DNA of 64,000 nt from Octopus sinensis (Eukaryota): contig NC_043022.1 of assembly GCF_006345805.1 (NCBI RefSeq), positions 9,672,001 to 9,736,000 of the forward strand. The letters run 5' to 3'. Position numbers and translations under genes: made by a program. Positions 13,119 through 24,643 of the stretch are shown piece after piece; the first letter of the stretch is position 1; every line of letters starts with the position of its first letter. Below the pieces are notes generated by a model that saw only the letters and a program-made list of their open reading frames with translations, searched no databases and was not told the DNA's origin.

Positions 13119-13681
13119 CCCATTTTTTTAACAATCATCATTATCACCCTTATCATCTGCAGCTGTTTATTTAACATACATTTGCTTGTTTGCTTCCACC
13201 CTCCCCTGCCATCAATTCCTCTATTTCTATTTCGCTAATTAACACATTGCTAAATCTATCAAACATGATTTCATTAGCAGTTATCTCTGCCATTATTTAA
13301 TTTACAAATAAAAGAAAAAGAAAAAAAGTGGGAGGTAAAAAAAAAAAATTGCGTAGGAGGTGATATGCTGTATTTTCTGGCAGGCAAGTTGACTTTTTCT
13401 GACCAAAATTTAAAGCCAAAATAGGTAGGTTGACTCATGCACCAAGACAAGTTTGGAGGACTAACAATGGCATGTGAAATAAAGCAGGATTTGGAAAGAT
13501 AATGACAATGTTTGAATGTTGACATTATGTACTACGTTTATTAGTATGCCCTGAAAATATATATATATACATACATACATATACATACATAAATATATAT
13601 ATACATATATATATATATATATTATATATATATATATATATATATTAGAAGGTTTGGAGATGATGTACAGGTATTATATAT

Positions 13682-13920
13682 TAGAAGAAATAAGGTACTC
13701 AGAAATCTAGATAAGTTTATATTTACAGATTTTTTATTAATGTCACATGCTTTTATAAGTTATGTATTAGCGCTTGCATCTACTCTAGTAGAATCTCCAA
13801 ATCTGGAGATTCTACTAGAATAGATGCAAGCGCTAATACATAACTTATAAAAGCATGTGACATTAATAAAAATCTGTAAATATAAACTCATCCAGATTTC
13901 TGAGTTCCTTATTTCTTCTA
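13682..13920. repeat. Near-perfect 118/117-bp palindrome with a 4-nt loop
   Basis: Arms 13682-13799 and 13804-13920 differ by about 4 substitutions and 1 indel; set in (TA)n. Confidence 0.92.
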
Positions 13921-14264
13921 TATATATATATAATATATATATATATAATATATATATATATATATTGTGTGTGTGTGTGTGATACAGACAAGAAGAAGAT
14001 ATTTTTGGAATGCAGAATTGTTGTTAGAATGGTAGAAATACTAAATAAATTATCCTTGCAAGGTGGAAAAATTTGTCAATAAACAGCCTGGTTATTTGTT
14101 GACAATTTTTTTTCCACCTTGCAAGGGTAATTTAGCCAGTATTTCTGTTGTTCTAACAACAATTCTGCATTTGAAAAAATATCTTCTTGTTTGTATTGTA
14201 GAATAAACATTTCAACGTTTCTCATAAAAACAAATGTTAGTTTGTTTATATTTACACACAGACG

Positions 14265-14309
<45 letters not shown>

Positions 14310-15363
14310 CACTGTGTTTTCCAGCATACAGTTCAAATTTTTTTCAGACCAAAATTTACTGCTGAAAAAGCCAGGCTAACTTGTACACCAAAACTACTTT
14401 GGAGAACCAAAAATTCCATCCAACATGTAGAAGGGTTTAGAGATATTATGTTGACTTGTATGCCTGAAAATATGGTGTGTGTGTATGTGTGCGAATGCAC
14501 ACATGAATGCATGTGTTTCTATACATACATATGCACATACATACATGTACCTAACTGTATCTTCCAACATGTAAGTCTAATTTTTTCTGGACAAAATTGA
14601 CTGCTAACGATGGTAGATCAACTTATCAACCAATGTGACATTAGAAGAGCAAAACCTCCATGTGAAATGCCACATGATTTTCAAAGATAGTGACAATGCT
14701 TGAATGTTTACCCTACATATTTACCCTATATACTATGTCAACTTGTATGCTGGAAAAAAACAAGGGTTTTGCTGCAAGCATGACTCAGTTACTCTTATTA
14801 ATGATTTGGCGGGATACAGTATTTCATTATGCAACCATGATGTACTATATGATGTATTGTGTTAGCTGTGTGCTTTACATCACTTGTTAAGGTTTTCGCT
14901 GTAGCTCATCATCAGCATCATTTAATGCCCACGTTCCATGCTGGCATCTGTTGGATGGTTTGACAGGAGCTGGTGAAATGAAGATCTGCACCAGGTTCCA
15001 GTTTGATATGGCATGGTTTCTGGGGCTGGATGCCCTTTCTAATGTCAATCATTCCCATAGTGTAATCTGTGCTTTAGTATGTGCCACCTGCATGGGTGCC
15101 ATTTATATGGCACCTGCGGCAGCTATGACTATGATTTCATCTGTGCCATTTGCATGATGCTAGCAATGTTAGTGATTATGGTTTCACTTGGCTTGACGAA
15201 TCTTCTCAAGCACAACGTACCTCCAATGTTTCTGCCACTTTGGTTGGTCTGAGGTTATAGTAGAAGACACTTGGCCAAGGTGCCATGCAGTGAGGCTGAA
15301 CTAGGAACCATGGATGTAAACAGGGATGTAAACACACCAATATTGGCTGTCAAGTGGTAGTGG

Positions 15364-15394
<31 letters not shown>

Positions 15395-16035
15395 CACACA
15401 CACATAAATATAGATAGTAGATAGACAGACAGACAAATAGATATAGACAGACAGATGGATAGATACATAGATAGATAGATGGACAGACGGATGGACAGAC
15501 AGACAAATAGGTAGTTAGATAGATAGACGGACAGACAGACAGACAGACAGACAAAATATGGCATGTACGCCCATTACCTTTTTTCCATCTTTGTTCTCAT
15601 TGCTTGTTTGCTTCTGATGTCATAACAGAATCAATTTTGGCTGCAGAGAAAACCTTAACAAGTCATTTACTCATTTTTCAATCAGCCATGTTTAGGGGCC
15701 ACTTTTTATTATTAATTTTTCATATTTTTCTGAAGTATATTTTGTACATGCTTGGAAAAGTGAAGAAAGTTTCTGAAAAACCAAATAAGTCTTTTATTTT
15801 CTCCCTTGCTTATTATTAATTCTAAATCTCACCTGGCTTATCATTTTGCAGCTTACTGATTTTTAATTTGAGGAATTACTAACATTTAATTAATTAATTT
15901 TTTTTATTCATTTTACACTATGTTTTATATGATGGGATGTTTCTTGCGTTCTTCTGTTTTATTTTTAAGAAATGTTTATTTATTATAAAATTATTAGTAT
16001 TGTTATTATTAGCAAGTGGTGTTATGTTTACCGTG

Positions 16036-16207
16036 TTAACGGGCCATTTTTCTGTGCCTACCACTGTACATACAACAGGTGGTCATTAGCAACCCGAAGA
16101 TGGTAATTCCACACAGAGAATAGATGATATACGGATCTGCACTATCTGGCATCGGTTCTGTCACAACCAGTTTTGTTGTCTGCAGCAGGAGAGTCTCTTT
16201 CCAGCAA
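16036..16207 (-). CDS. FAM187A: Nested FAM187A-like gene, terminal exon (Ig2 end, TM helix, short tail, stop)
   Basis: ttttgtacag|T completes Ser. Encodes CWKETLLLQTTKLVVTEPMPDSADPYIIYSLCGITIFGLLMTTCCMYSGRHRKMAR* with TAA at 16038-16036. The six exons sum to 1464 nt = 487 aa + stop. Not in the ORF track. Confidence 0.87.
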
Positions 16208-16270
16208 CTGTACAAAAGATTCCATTATGAATTTTTTGGTTTGTTGTTGTTATTATTATTATTATTATTA

Positions 16271-16472
16271 AGGTGGCAAGCTGGCTGAATCGTTAACATG
16301 CTGGATGAAATGCTTAGCAATATTACGCAGGTTGCTATGTTCCAAGTTCAAATTCCACCGGGAAAATAAATACCAATTGAACACTGGGGTTGATGTAATC
16401 TATTTATCCCCTCTCCTAAAACTGCTGTCCTTGTGGCAAAATTTGAAGCCATTATTATTATTGTTATTATTA

Positions 16473-16512
<40 letters not shown>

Positions 16513-16735
16513 CATTATCAAGTGGTGACCTGGCAGAGCTGTTAGCATGCTAGGTGAAATGCATAGCAGTATTTCATCTGTTGCTATATTCTGAGTTCAA
16601 ATTCCACCATGGTCGACTTTGCGTTTTATCATTTCGTGGTTGATAAATTAAGTACCAGTGAAACACTGGGGTCAATGTAATCGACAATCCCTTCCCATCG
16701 AATTTCAGGCCTTGTGCTTATAGGAGAAAGGATTA

Positions 16736-16769
<34 letters not shown>

Positions 16770-16985
16770 AGGTAGCGACCTGGCACAGTTGTTAGCACGC
16801 TGGGCAAAATGCTTAGTGGCATTTCATCTGTCTTTGTGTTTTGAGTTCAATCTATGCCGAGGTCGATTTTTATCTTTCATCCTTTCGGGGTCGATTAAAT
16901 AAGTACCAGTTATGCACTGGGGTTGATGTAATTGACTTACATCCTCCCTGCAAATTTCAGGCTTTGTGCCTACTGTAGAAAGATT
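16271..16985 (+). mobile_element. Three head-to-tail SINE family B copies separated by (ATT)n
   Basis: Copies at ~16271-16445, 16522-16735 and 16770-16985. Confidence 0.75.
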
Positions 16986-17080
16986 AGCATCATCATCATC
17001 ATCATAATAAGAAGGTGGTGAGCTGGCAGAAATAAGTAAAAGATAAACGATATGTATGTATATATGATATGTACATAGTA

Positions 17081-17118
<38 letters not shown>

Positions 17119-17334
17119 GTATATATTTAGGTGTCTGTGTTTGTCCCCCCACCATCACTTGATAACTGATGTTGGTGTGTTTATGTCTCCGTAACTTAGC
17201 GGTTCAGCAAAAAAGATGGATAGGACAAGTCCAGGGTTCGATTTGTTTGACTTAAAGGCAGTGCTCCAGCATGGCCGCAGTCAAATGACTGAAACAAGTA
17301 AAAGAATAAAAGAATACATATGTAAGTATGTATA

Positions 17335-17675
17335 GAAGCAGGAGTGGCTGTGTGGTAAATAGCTTGCTCACCAACCATATGGTTCCGGGTTCAGTCCCAC
17401 TGCATGGCACCTTGAGCAAGTGTCTTCTTCTATAGCCTTGGTCTGACCAAAGCCTTGTGAGTGGATTTGGTTGACGGAAACTGAAAGAAGCTTGTATATA
17501 TGTATATATGTGTGTGTGTTTATATGTTTGACAACCGATGCTGTAACTTAGCGGTTCACCAAAAAGAGACCAATAAAATAAGTACTAGGCTTACAAAGAA
17601 TAAGTCCTGGGGTCGATTTGCTCGACTAAAGGCGGTGCTCAAGCATGGCCACAGTCAAATGACTGAAACAACTAA
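17335..17675 (+). mobile_element. SINE family A
   Basis: Head gcaggagtggctgtgtggtaa through tail gactgaaacaac; preceded by an isolated tail at ~17120-17310. Confidence 0.7.
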
Positions 17676-18009
17676 AAAAAAAAAAAATGAGATGTGTACA
17701 AAGTTTGTTGCTAAAACTAGTTTCCGGTTTGCCAAACGTACACAAGTGGAAGCAGATTGCATCCAGCTTCGTGGTTGCTAGTTGAAACACCTGCTGTTGG
17801 TGACTAGCAGCAAGCTGGTCACGTGTTTCAGTTTTACTTGTATTGACTGTAGCTTATTGTGTTGGGTGCCTAAAGCAAGCATTGAAGTGGAAGCATCTGG
17901 CCAGCTATATCACTAGGTGGGAAAGGGGTACGAGTGTTGTCCAGATGCAGGTCCTCCCACGCGGAAAATCGTTGGTGCTAGCCTGTTTAAGTGTGTAAAC
18001 ATATGGTTA

Positions 18010-18590
18010 AGAACTAGTGATGTAACAGTCATAACAATGATGAAGGTGATGATGATGATAATGATGATGGTTGTGGTGGAGGTAGTGGTCATGACGACAA
18101 TGCTGGTCATGATGATCATGATGAGGATGGATGATGATGGTCATACTGATGATGATAGTGATGATGATGGTGATGGTCTTAATGATGATGGTGATGATGA
18201 TGATGATGATAATAATGATGGTGGTGGAGGTAGTGGTCATGACGACAGTGGCGGTCATGATGATCATGATAAGGATGGATGGTGGTGGTCATACTGATGA
18301 TGATAGTGATGATAATGGTGATGATGATGGTGATGGTGGTGGTGGTGGTGGTGGTGGTAATGGTGGTGGAGGTAGTGGTGATGACGACAGTGGCGGTCAT
18401 GATGATCATGATGATGATGGATGATGGTGGTCATACTGATGATGGTCATAATAATGATGATGATGGTGATGGTCTTAATGATGGTGGTGGTGGTGATGAT
18501 GATGATAATGATGGTCATAATGACAATGATGATGATGATCATGATGGTCACAATGAGAACAGTGTTAATTATAGTTCCAGTAGATAATGA
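18010..18590. repeat. Compound (GAT/GGT)n low-complexity tract with a ~150-bp superperiod
   Basis: ggtggaggtagtggtcatgacgaca...ggatggatg..ggtcatactgatgatg recurs three times; followed by (TAA)n to ~18900. Confidence 0.85.
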
Positions 18591-18726
18591 TGTTAATTAA
18601 TAATATTACTAATGACGGTGACTAATAATATAATTATCTAATGTAACTGGGGTGCTGATGATGACGGTGATAACTAACGATGACAGCATTGAAGAGAATA
18701 GCCAGAATAGACATGATGACAGTATG

Positions 18727-18759
<33 letters not shown>

Positions 18760-19009
18760 GTAATATAATAATAATAATAATAATAATAGTAGTAGTAGTC
18801 GTAATAATAAAAATATAATAAAAATAATAATAATAATAGTAATAATAATAATAATAATAATAATGATAATTCAAAAAATAATAATAATAATAATGATTTC
18901 CTCATTAACCACAAGGGTTTACATTAAGAAAAGCATTATGGACAGTACAGGGCAAAACAAAGAATGTGTGTATGTGTGAGAGCGTGTGTTTTTGTGAGGG
19001 TAATTATAA

Positions 19010-19557
19010 CAATCCTTTCTACTAAAGGCACATAGTCTGAAATTTTGGGGGAAGGGGATAGTTGATTTCATCGACCCCCATGGTTTCACTGGTACTTAAT
19101 TTATCGACCTTGAAAGAATGAAAAGCAAAGTCGACCCTGATGGAATTTGAACTTGCAATGTAAGGGTGGATGAAATACTGTCAAGCATTTTGCCCGGCGT
19201 GCTAACAATTCTGCTAGCTTGGCGCCTTAATAATAATAATAATAATAATAATCGTAATAATAAGCAAATAATAGCAAAAGGGACTGATTGTTACCTAACT
19301 CAGATACCAGGAAACCTAAAAATGGCAGAAATTCAAAAGATAGTGCTCATGGGAACTGCTCATATCCTACGCAAAATACTTTCTTTTTAAAACAAACATA
19401 ATTTTCGTATAGTTTTTTTAGGCATTCACTAGTACAACACTAAGTACAAAACCAAATATATGGCACCCTAGGCATAACACCAACACGAACTTCCAACTTG
19501 TTGTCTCTTGAGGTCTCTGGGTGAGACTTGGAGCCAGCTTGTGCAAATGTAAACATG

Positions 19558-19594
<37 letters not shown>

Positions 19595-19817
19595 CCTCCT
19601 CCTCCTTTCCGCTATAGGCACAAGGTCTGAAATTTTTGGGGAGTGGGATAGTTGTTTGCATTGATCCCAGTGTTTCATTGGTATTGAATTTATTGACCCC
19701 GAAAGGATGAAAGGCAAAGTTGACTGGTTGAATTTGAACTCCCAACGTAGCAGCAGATGAAATACTGTTAAGCATTTCACCTTGTGTGCTAATGATTTTG
19801 CCAGATTGCCACCTCCC

Positions 19818-19849
<32 letters not shown>

Positions 19850-20335
19850 CAATAACAAGAACAACAACAACCCCTTTCTACTATAGGTGCAAGGCCTGAA
19901 GTTTGGGGAGGGGGATAGTCGATTATTTCGACCCCAGTACGAAACTGGTACTTTATTTATCGACCCCGAAAGGATGAAAGGCAAAGTTGACCTCGGTGGA
20001 ATTGAACTCAGAACGTAGCGGCAGATGAAATACCCCTAAGCATCTTGCCCGGTGTGCTAACGATTCTTCCAGCTCAACACCTTAAAAAAAAAAAAATAAT
20101 AATAATAATATATTTCTTTACTACCCACAAGGGGCTAAACACAGAGGGGACAAACAAGGACAGACAAACGGATTAAGTCGATTACATCGACCCCAGTGTG
20201 TAACTGGTACTTAATTTATCGACCCCAAAAAGATGAAAGGCAAAGTTGACCTCGGCGAAATTTGAACCCAGAACGTAACGGCAGACGAAATATGGCTACG
20301 CATTTCGCCTGGCGTTAGCACACCGGGCGAATGAA
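19010..20335 (-). mobile_element. Cluster of four SINE family B copies separated by (TAA)n
   Basis: Copies at ~19010-19225, 19600-19815, 19870-20082 and 20110-20335. Further copies at ~34337, 39884, 44591, 47630 and 57890. Confidence 0.75.
19262..19560 (+). mobile_element. R4/Dong-like element extreme 3' end within (TAA)n
   Basis: YLTQIPGNLKMAEIQKIVLMGTAHILRKILS* plus 3' UTR; (TAA)n on both sides. Confidence 0.7.
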
Positions 20336-20359
20336 ATAGTCAATATCATTACGGCTCAC

Positions 20360-20506
20360 CTGTATATCGAAGTGTCTGTGAACTGAGTATTTCTGATGTG
20401 AAGTGAATTAGTGACGTCAATAAACACCCGTCCTCTCGTTTTGCGGCTCTCTAGGAAATGTTTCAGTGGTGCTGACCTATTCTGCCATCGGATAATATCC
20501 TCATCT
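20360..20506 (-). CDS. FAM187A: Nested FAM187A-like gene, exon 5 (Ig domain 2)
   Basis: ttatgacag|A acceptor, AG|gtgagc donor; 147 nt, phase 2/2. Encodes DEDIIRWQNRSAPLKHFLESRKTRGRVFIDVTNSLHIRNTQFTDTSIY, close to recalled FAM187A [23 protein letters not shown]. Confidence 0.88.
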
Positions 20507-20689
20507 CTGTCATAAACAGGAAAAAAAAAAAACAGAAAAAAAATATGTACGAAGAAGCTTGCTTCCCAGCCACATGGTCCTAGGTTCAATCCCACTGCCT
20601 GACACCACCCTAGGCAAGTGTGTTCTACTGTAGCCACCAACCAAAGCCTTGTGAGTGGATTTGGTTGATGGAAACTGAAAGAAGCCAAT

Positions 20690-20702
<13 letters not shown>

Positions 20703-20749
<47 letters not shown>

Positions 20750-20808
20750 ATATATATAATATATATATATGTATGTATGTATATATATATATATATATAA
20801 TATATATA

Positions 20809-20849
<41 letters not shown>

Positions 20850-20935
20850 TATATATGTATGTATATATATATATATGTATGTATATATATATATATGTAT
20901 GTATATATATATATATATGTATTATATATATATAT

Positions 20936-20966
<31 letters not shown>

Positions 20967-21101
20967 GTATATGTATATATGTATATGTATATATATGTAT
21001 ATATTATATATGTATATATATATATATATATATGTATGTATATATATAATATTATGTATATATAATATATGTATATATATATATGTATATATATATATAT
21101 G

Positions 21102-21146
<45 letters not shown>

Positions 21147-21159
21147 GTATATATATATG

Positions 21160-21193
<34 letters not shown>

Positions 21194-21205
21194 ATATATA
21201 TATAT

Positions 21206-21254
<49 letters not shown>
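20703..21254. repeat. Long (TA)n/(TATG) microsatellite
   Basis: Visible dinucleotide tract; similar tracts at ~30960-31238, 38990-39660 and 49480-49915. Confidence 0.95.
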
Positions 21255-21259
<5 letters not shown>

Positions 21260-21378
21260 TACAAATTTAAGGTGAATACTTGATAAGTGAAGGCACCTGT
21301 ATACCTATTATGGGTAATGCTACATGTACTTTTCATATTTTTCATAGTGTGATGTAACTCTTTGGAATAATAATGCAT

Positions 21379-21469
21379 GCGGCTGAAGAGAGCTTTAAAC
21401 CATCTTTTATATCTATTATACACTGATGAAAGAACAGGTCGTTTATAAAGCTTGAAACACGTGTACCGC
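21379..21469 (+). ncRNA. Type I hammerhead ribozyme motif (Penelope-like), core intact
   Basis: Stem I GCGG(21379-82)/CCGC(21466-69); core CTGAAGA(21383-89); stem II GAGCTTTA(21390-97)/TAAAGCTT(21446-53); GAAA(21454-57); C-ACGT-G stem III; GTA cleavage triplet (21463-65). Confidence 0.7.
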
Positions 21470-22058
21470 TACATCCTTTGTGTTCTGTTTTTGATTCTAT
21501 TTGTTATATATATATATATATATATACATACACACACACACATAGATGTGGCAGTATGGTAAGAAGCTTGCTTCATAACCACATGGTTCTGGGTTCAGTC
21601 CCATTGCATGACACCACCCTGGGCAAGCATTGTGAGTGGATTTGTTTGATGGAAACTGAAAGAAGCCTGTTGTTGTGTGGATGTATGTATATCTATATCT
21701 GTCTGTCTGTCTACATAGATGTGTCAGTGTGGTAAGAAGCTTGCTTCCCAATCACATGGTTCATGGTTCAGTCCCACTGCATGGCAGCTTGGACAAGTGT
21801 ATTCTAATATATCCTTGGGCCAACCAAAGCCTTGTGCATGGCTTTCGTAGACAGAAACTGAAAGAAGTTTGTCATATATCCATATGTGTGTATGCCTTTG
21901 TGTTAGTGTTTGTGTCCCTCCCCACCTGACAATTGGTGTTTGTGTGTTTACATCCCCATAACTTATCAGTTTGGCAGAAGAGACTGATGGAATAAGTACT
22001 AGGTTTAAAAAAAACCTAGTCATTCAACTAAAATTCTTCATGGTGGTGCCACAGCATG

Positions 22059-22375
22059 TTTGTTGTTGTTGTTGTTTGTTCCTTCTTGATCCATGCCTGG
22101 CTCATAAGGGCCGGTTTCCCGGTTTCTTGGCGTATAGGTCCCCCATTTTGACGGGACGCCGGTCCGTCGCAGGTGAGCTGCAAGATGCAGGAGGAAAGAG
22201 TGAGAGAAAGTTGTGGCGAAAGAGTCAGCAGAAGTTTGCCATTACCTTCTGCCGGAGCCGCGTGGAGCTTAGGTGTTTTCGCTCATAAACACACACATCG
22301 CCCGGTCTGAGATTCGAACCCGCGATCCCTCGACCACGAGTCCGCTGCTCTAACCACTCAGCCATGTGCCTCCAC
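22059..22375 (-). mobile_element. tRNA-derived SINE family C1 with 13-bp TSD
   Basis: A box TGGCTGAGTGGTTAG, B box GGTTCGAATCTC, (AAC)n tail; GTGCCACAGCATG at 22046-22058 and 22376-22388. Confidence 0.85.
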
Positions 22376-22434
22376 GTGCCACAGCATGGCCACAGATTAA
22401 TTACTGAAAGAAGGAAGGGATAAAAGATACTCAC

Positions 22435-22769
22435 GTGCGACATCTAATTATGACGTCACTGCCCTTCGTTGTGTAGATCACGTCACGTATTACAGGGCGG
22501 GCCAGTTTCCGTTTTTGATGGAGCGACAAGTAGCCTGCATTCACGACTTCTACCACCTTTCCTGACTGGTCTTTAATGATTGTACTGGCTGCTTTCTTAG
22601 GGCATGCCACCTTACACTTGTTGTAAAATACTTCGTTGGGGCGTGACTTGATTGCTGGGAGTTCCCGTATCTGCTCAGGCAAGGCAGTTGACTGACAAGA
22701 TAAACTTCCATTAAAGTAATAAAATATGTAGATGTCGACTGGCCTTACTGGAGCACTCTTATTAAGTTT
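22435..22769 (-). CDS. FAM187A: Nested FAM187A-like gene, exon 4
   Basis: ttcattacag|AAA acceptor, AC|gtgagt donor; 335 nt, phase 0/2. Encodes KLNKSAPVRPVDIYIFYYFNGSLSCQSTALPEQIRELPAIKSRPNEVFYNKCKVACPKK...VIYTTKGSDVIIRCR. Confidence 0.85.
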
Positions 22770-22869
22770 CTGTAATGAAGGAATGGGGATGTAGTATACA
22801 TTTATAATTCATAATTTATAATTAACAATACTTTAGCATTTCAAGACAGTAAAGACCCGACAAATAAAG

Positions 22870-23575
22870 TGAGTTCATGGCTCGCAGGATGGCTTGCTAT
22901 GCTAACCTTTGGATTGTAGGGTGACCCGTTGTGCTTGAGGAGATCTATTGAGTCAAGTACATTAACATCAACATCAAAATAAGAATCAAATGGAAATTGT
23001 AGCGATACCTGTGCTGGTGGCACGTAAAAAGCACCGTCCAAATGTGGCTGATATCAGCGGCGCTTGACTGGCGTCCGTGTCAGTGACAGGTATAAAGCAC
23101 CAAGGCGGCGAGCTGGCAGAAACGTTAGCACGCCGGGTGAAATGCTTGGCGGTATTTTGTCTGTCGTTACGTGGTGAGTTCAAATTCCGCTGAGGTCGAC
23201 TTTGCCTTTCATCCTTTCGGGGTCGATAAATTAAGTACCAGTTACGCACTGGGGTCAATGTAATCGACTTAATACCTATGTCTGTCCTTGTTTGTCCCCT
23301 CTATGTTTAGCCCCTTGTGGGTAATAAAGAAATAGGTATAAAGCACCAACCGATCATGGCCATTTGCCAACCTCCTCTGGCTCCTGTGCTGGTGGCATGT
23401 AAAAAGCACCTACTACACTCACGGAGTGGTTGGCGTTAGGAAGGGCATCCAGCTGTAGAAACACTGCTAGATCAGACTGGAGTCTGGTGCAGCCTCCTAG
23501 TTTCCCAGACCCCGGTCAAACCGTCCAACCCATGCTAGCATGGAAAACGGATGTTAAACGATGATGATGATGATA
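22870..23575 (+). mobile_element. RTE LINE 3' UTR copy interrupted by a SINE
   Basis: 3' UTR from gattgtagggtgacc...gagatctattgagtcaagtac to a gatgatgat tail; split at 23104-23333. Confidence 0.75.
23104..23333 (+). mobile_element. tRNA-derived SINE family B with 16-bp TSD
   Basis: GGCGGCGAGCTGGCAGAAACGTTAGC...GAGTTCAAATTCC...CTTTCATCCTTTCGGGGTCGATAAATTAAGTACCAG; flanked by AGGTATAAAGCACCAA at 23088-23103 and 23334-23349. Confidence 0.85.
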
Positions 23576-24049
23576 AGCTGGCAGAATTATTAATACATAG
23601 AGCAAAATGCTTAGTAACATTTTGTCAATCTTTACATTCTGAGTTCAAATTCCACTGAGGTCAACTTTTCATCTTTTATGGGGGCGGGGGTCAATGAAAT
23701 AAATACCAGTTAAACACTGGGGTTGATGTAATCGCCTTATACTTGCCTCTGAAATTGCTGGTCTTTGCCAAACAAATTTCAAATTATCATTGTCATCATC
23801 ATCATTGTATTGATATTATTATGATTATTAACATCCTTCCAGTGGGTATGGTGGTATGTTAGCGAGTCCCTCCCGACCCACCAGTGGGTTGTTTCTTAAT
23901 TTCTTTCCTATGGGCTTTCTGAGAGGTATGGTACAGTGTAAAAATATTACACCACTCATGTCAAAATTAATTAAGATATCGTACTGGGACCCTGTGATAA
24001 AACATAAAATGAGCCAACGTGTTAAAATAGTTTGTTATTATTATTATTG

Positions 24050-24420
24050 AGTCAAGTACACCAACATCAAAAATCAATGGAAATTGTAGTTGTGATACCC
24101 ATGCCGGTGGCACATAAAAAGCACCATCTGAACGTGGCCAATGCCAACGCCGCCTTGACTGGCTTCCATGCCGGTGGCACGTAAAAAGCACCAATCCGAT
24201 CGTGGCCGTTGGCAGCCTTGCCTGGCACCTGTGCCGGTGGCACGTAAAAAGCACCCACTACACTCACGGAGTAGTTGGCGTTAGGAAGGGCATCCAGCTG
24301 TAGAAACACTGCCAGATCAGACTGGAGCCTGGTGCAGCCTTCTGGCTTCCCAGATCCTCAGTCGAACTGTCCAACCCATGCTAGCATGGAAAGTTGACGC
24401 TAAATGATGATGATGAAGAT
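24050..24420 (+). mobile_element. RTE LINE 3' UTR copy
   Basis: gagtcaagtac...three gtgccggtggcac(a/g)taaaaagcacc units...ggcgttaggaagggcatccag...gatgatgat. Confidence 0.78.
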
Positions 24421-24643
24421 AGATTAAAAGATAGATTGGTATATATAAAACTGTTTTCTACAGTGAAGGGTAATGATATTTTGAGTGGATATATCTGATT
24501 TCCACAGCAAAAGGGGTAAAATCAAGTATAAAATAGTGTGGCTTATACACGAGTTAATACAGTATCACCTGTAATGATAAAGAAAAGGATGAAATGAATG
24601 TTTAAAACTAACAGGATCTGTTTAAATGTTATGGTTATGTTAA

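Noticed and set aside
14885-14907. CTGATGA...GCGAAAA on the minus strand
   Set aside because: Overlaps a LINE (CAT)n tail; stems II and III and the cleavage triplet do not form.
17913-18914. His-, Asp- and Met-rich ORFs
   Set aside because: Products of GAT/GGT/TAA trinucleotide tracts; no splice or homology support.
20620-21283. Long YI/YM-rich ORFs (also ~30900-31700, 38950-39725, 49380-50050)
   Set aside because: Read-through of (TA)n/(TATG)n microsatellites.
21423-21429. Second CTGATGA as the hammerhead core
   Set aside because: It gives no stem I pairing with the sequence after GTA; the upstream CTGAAGA does.
22320-22375. tRNA-like sequences (also 55540-55600 and 26554-26620)
   Set aside because: A and B boxes are present, but there is no complete cloverleaf and each continues into a SINE body (C1/C2 also have TSDs).
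22691-22693. Internal AG as the acceptor of nested-gene exon 4
   Set aside because: The frame stays open to a stronger acceptor at 22770, which adds the conserved Cys (SCQSTALP) and removes the need for a missing exon.
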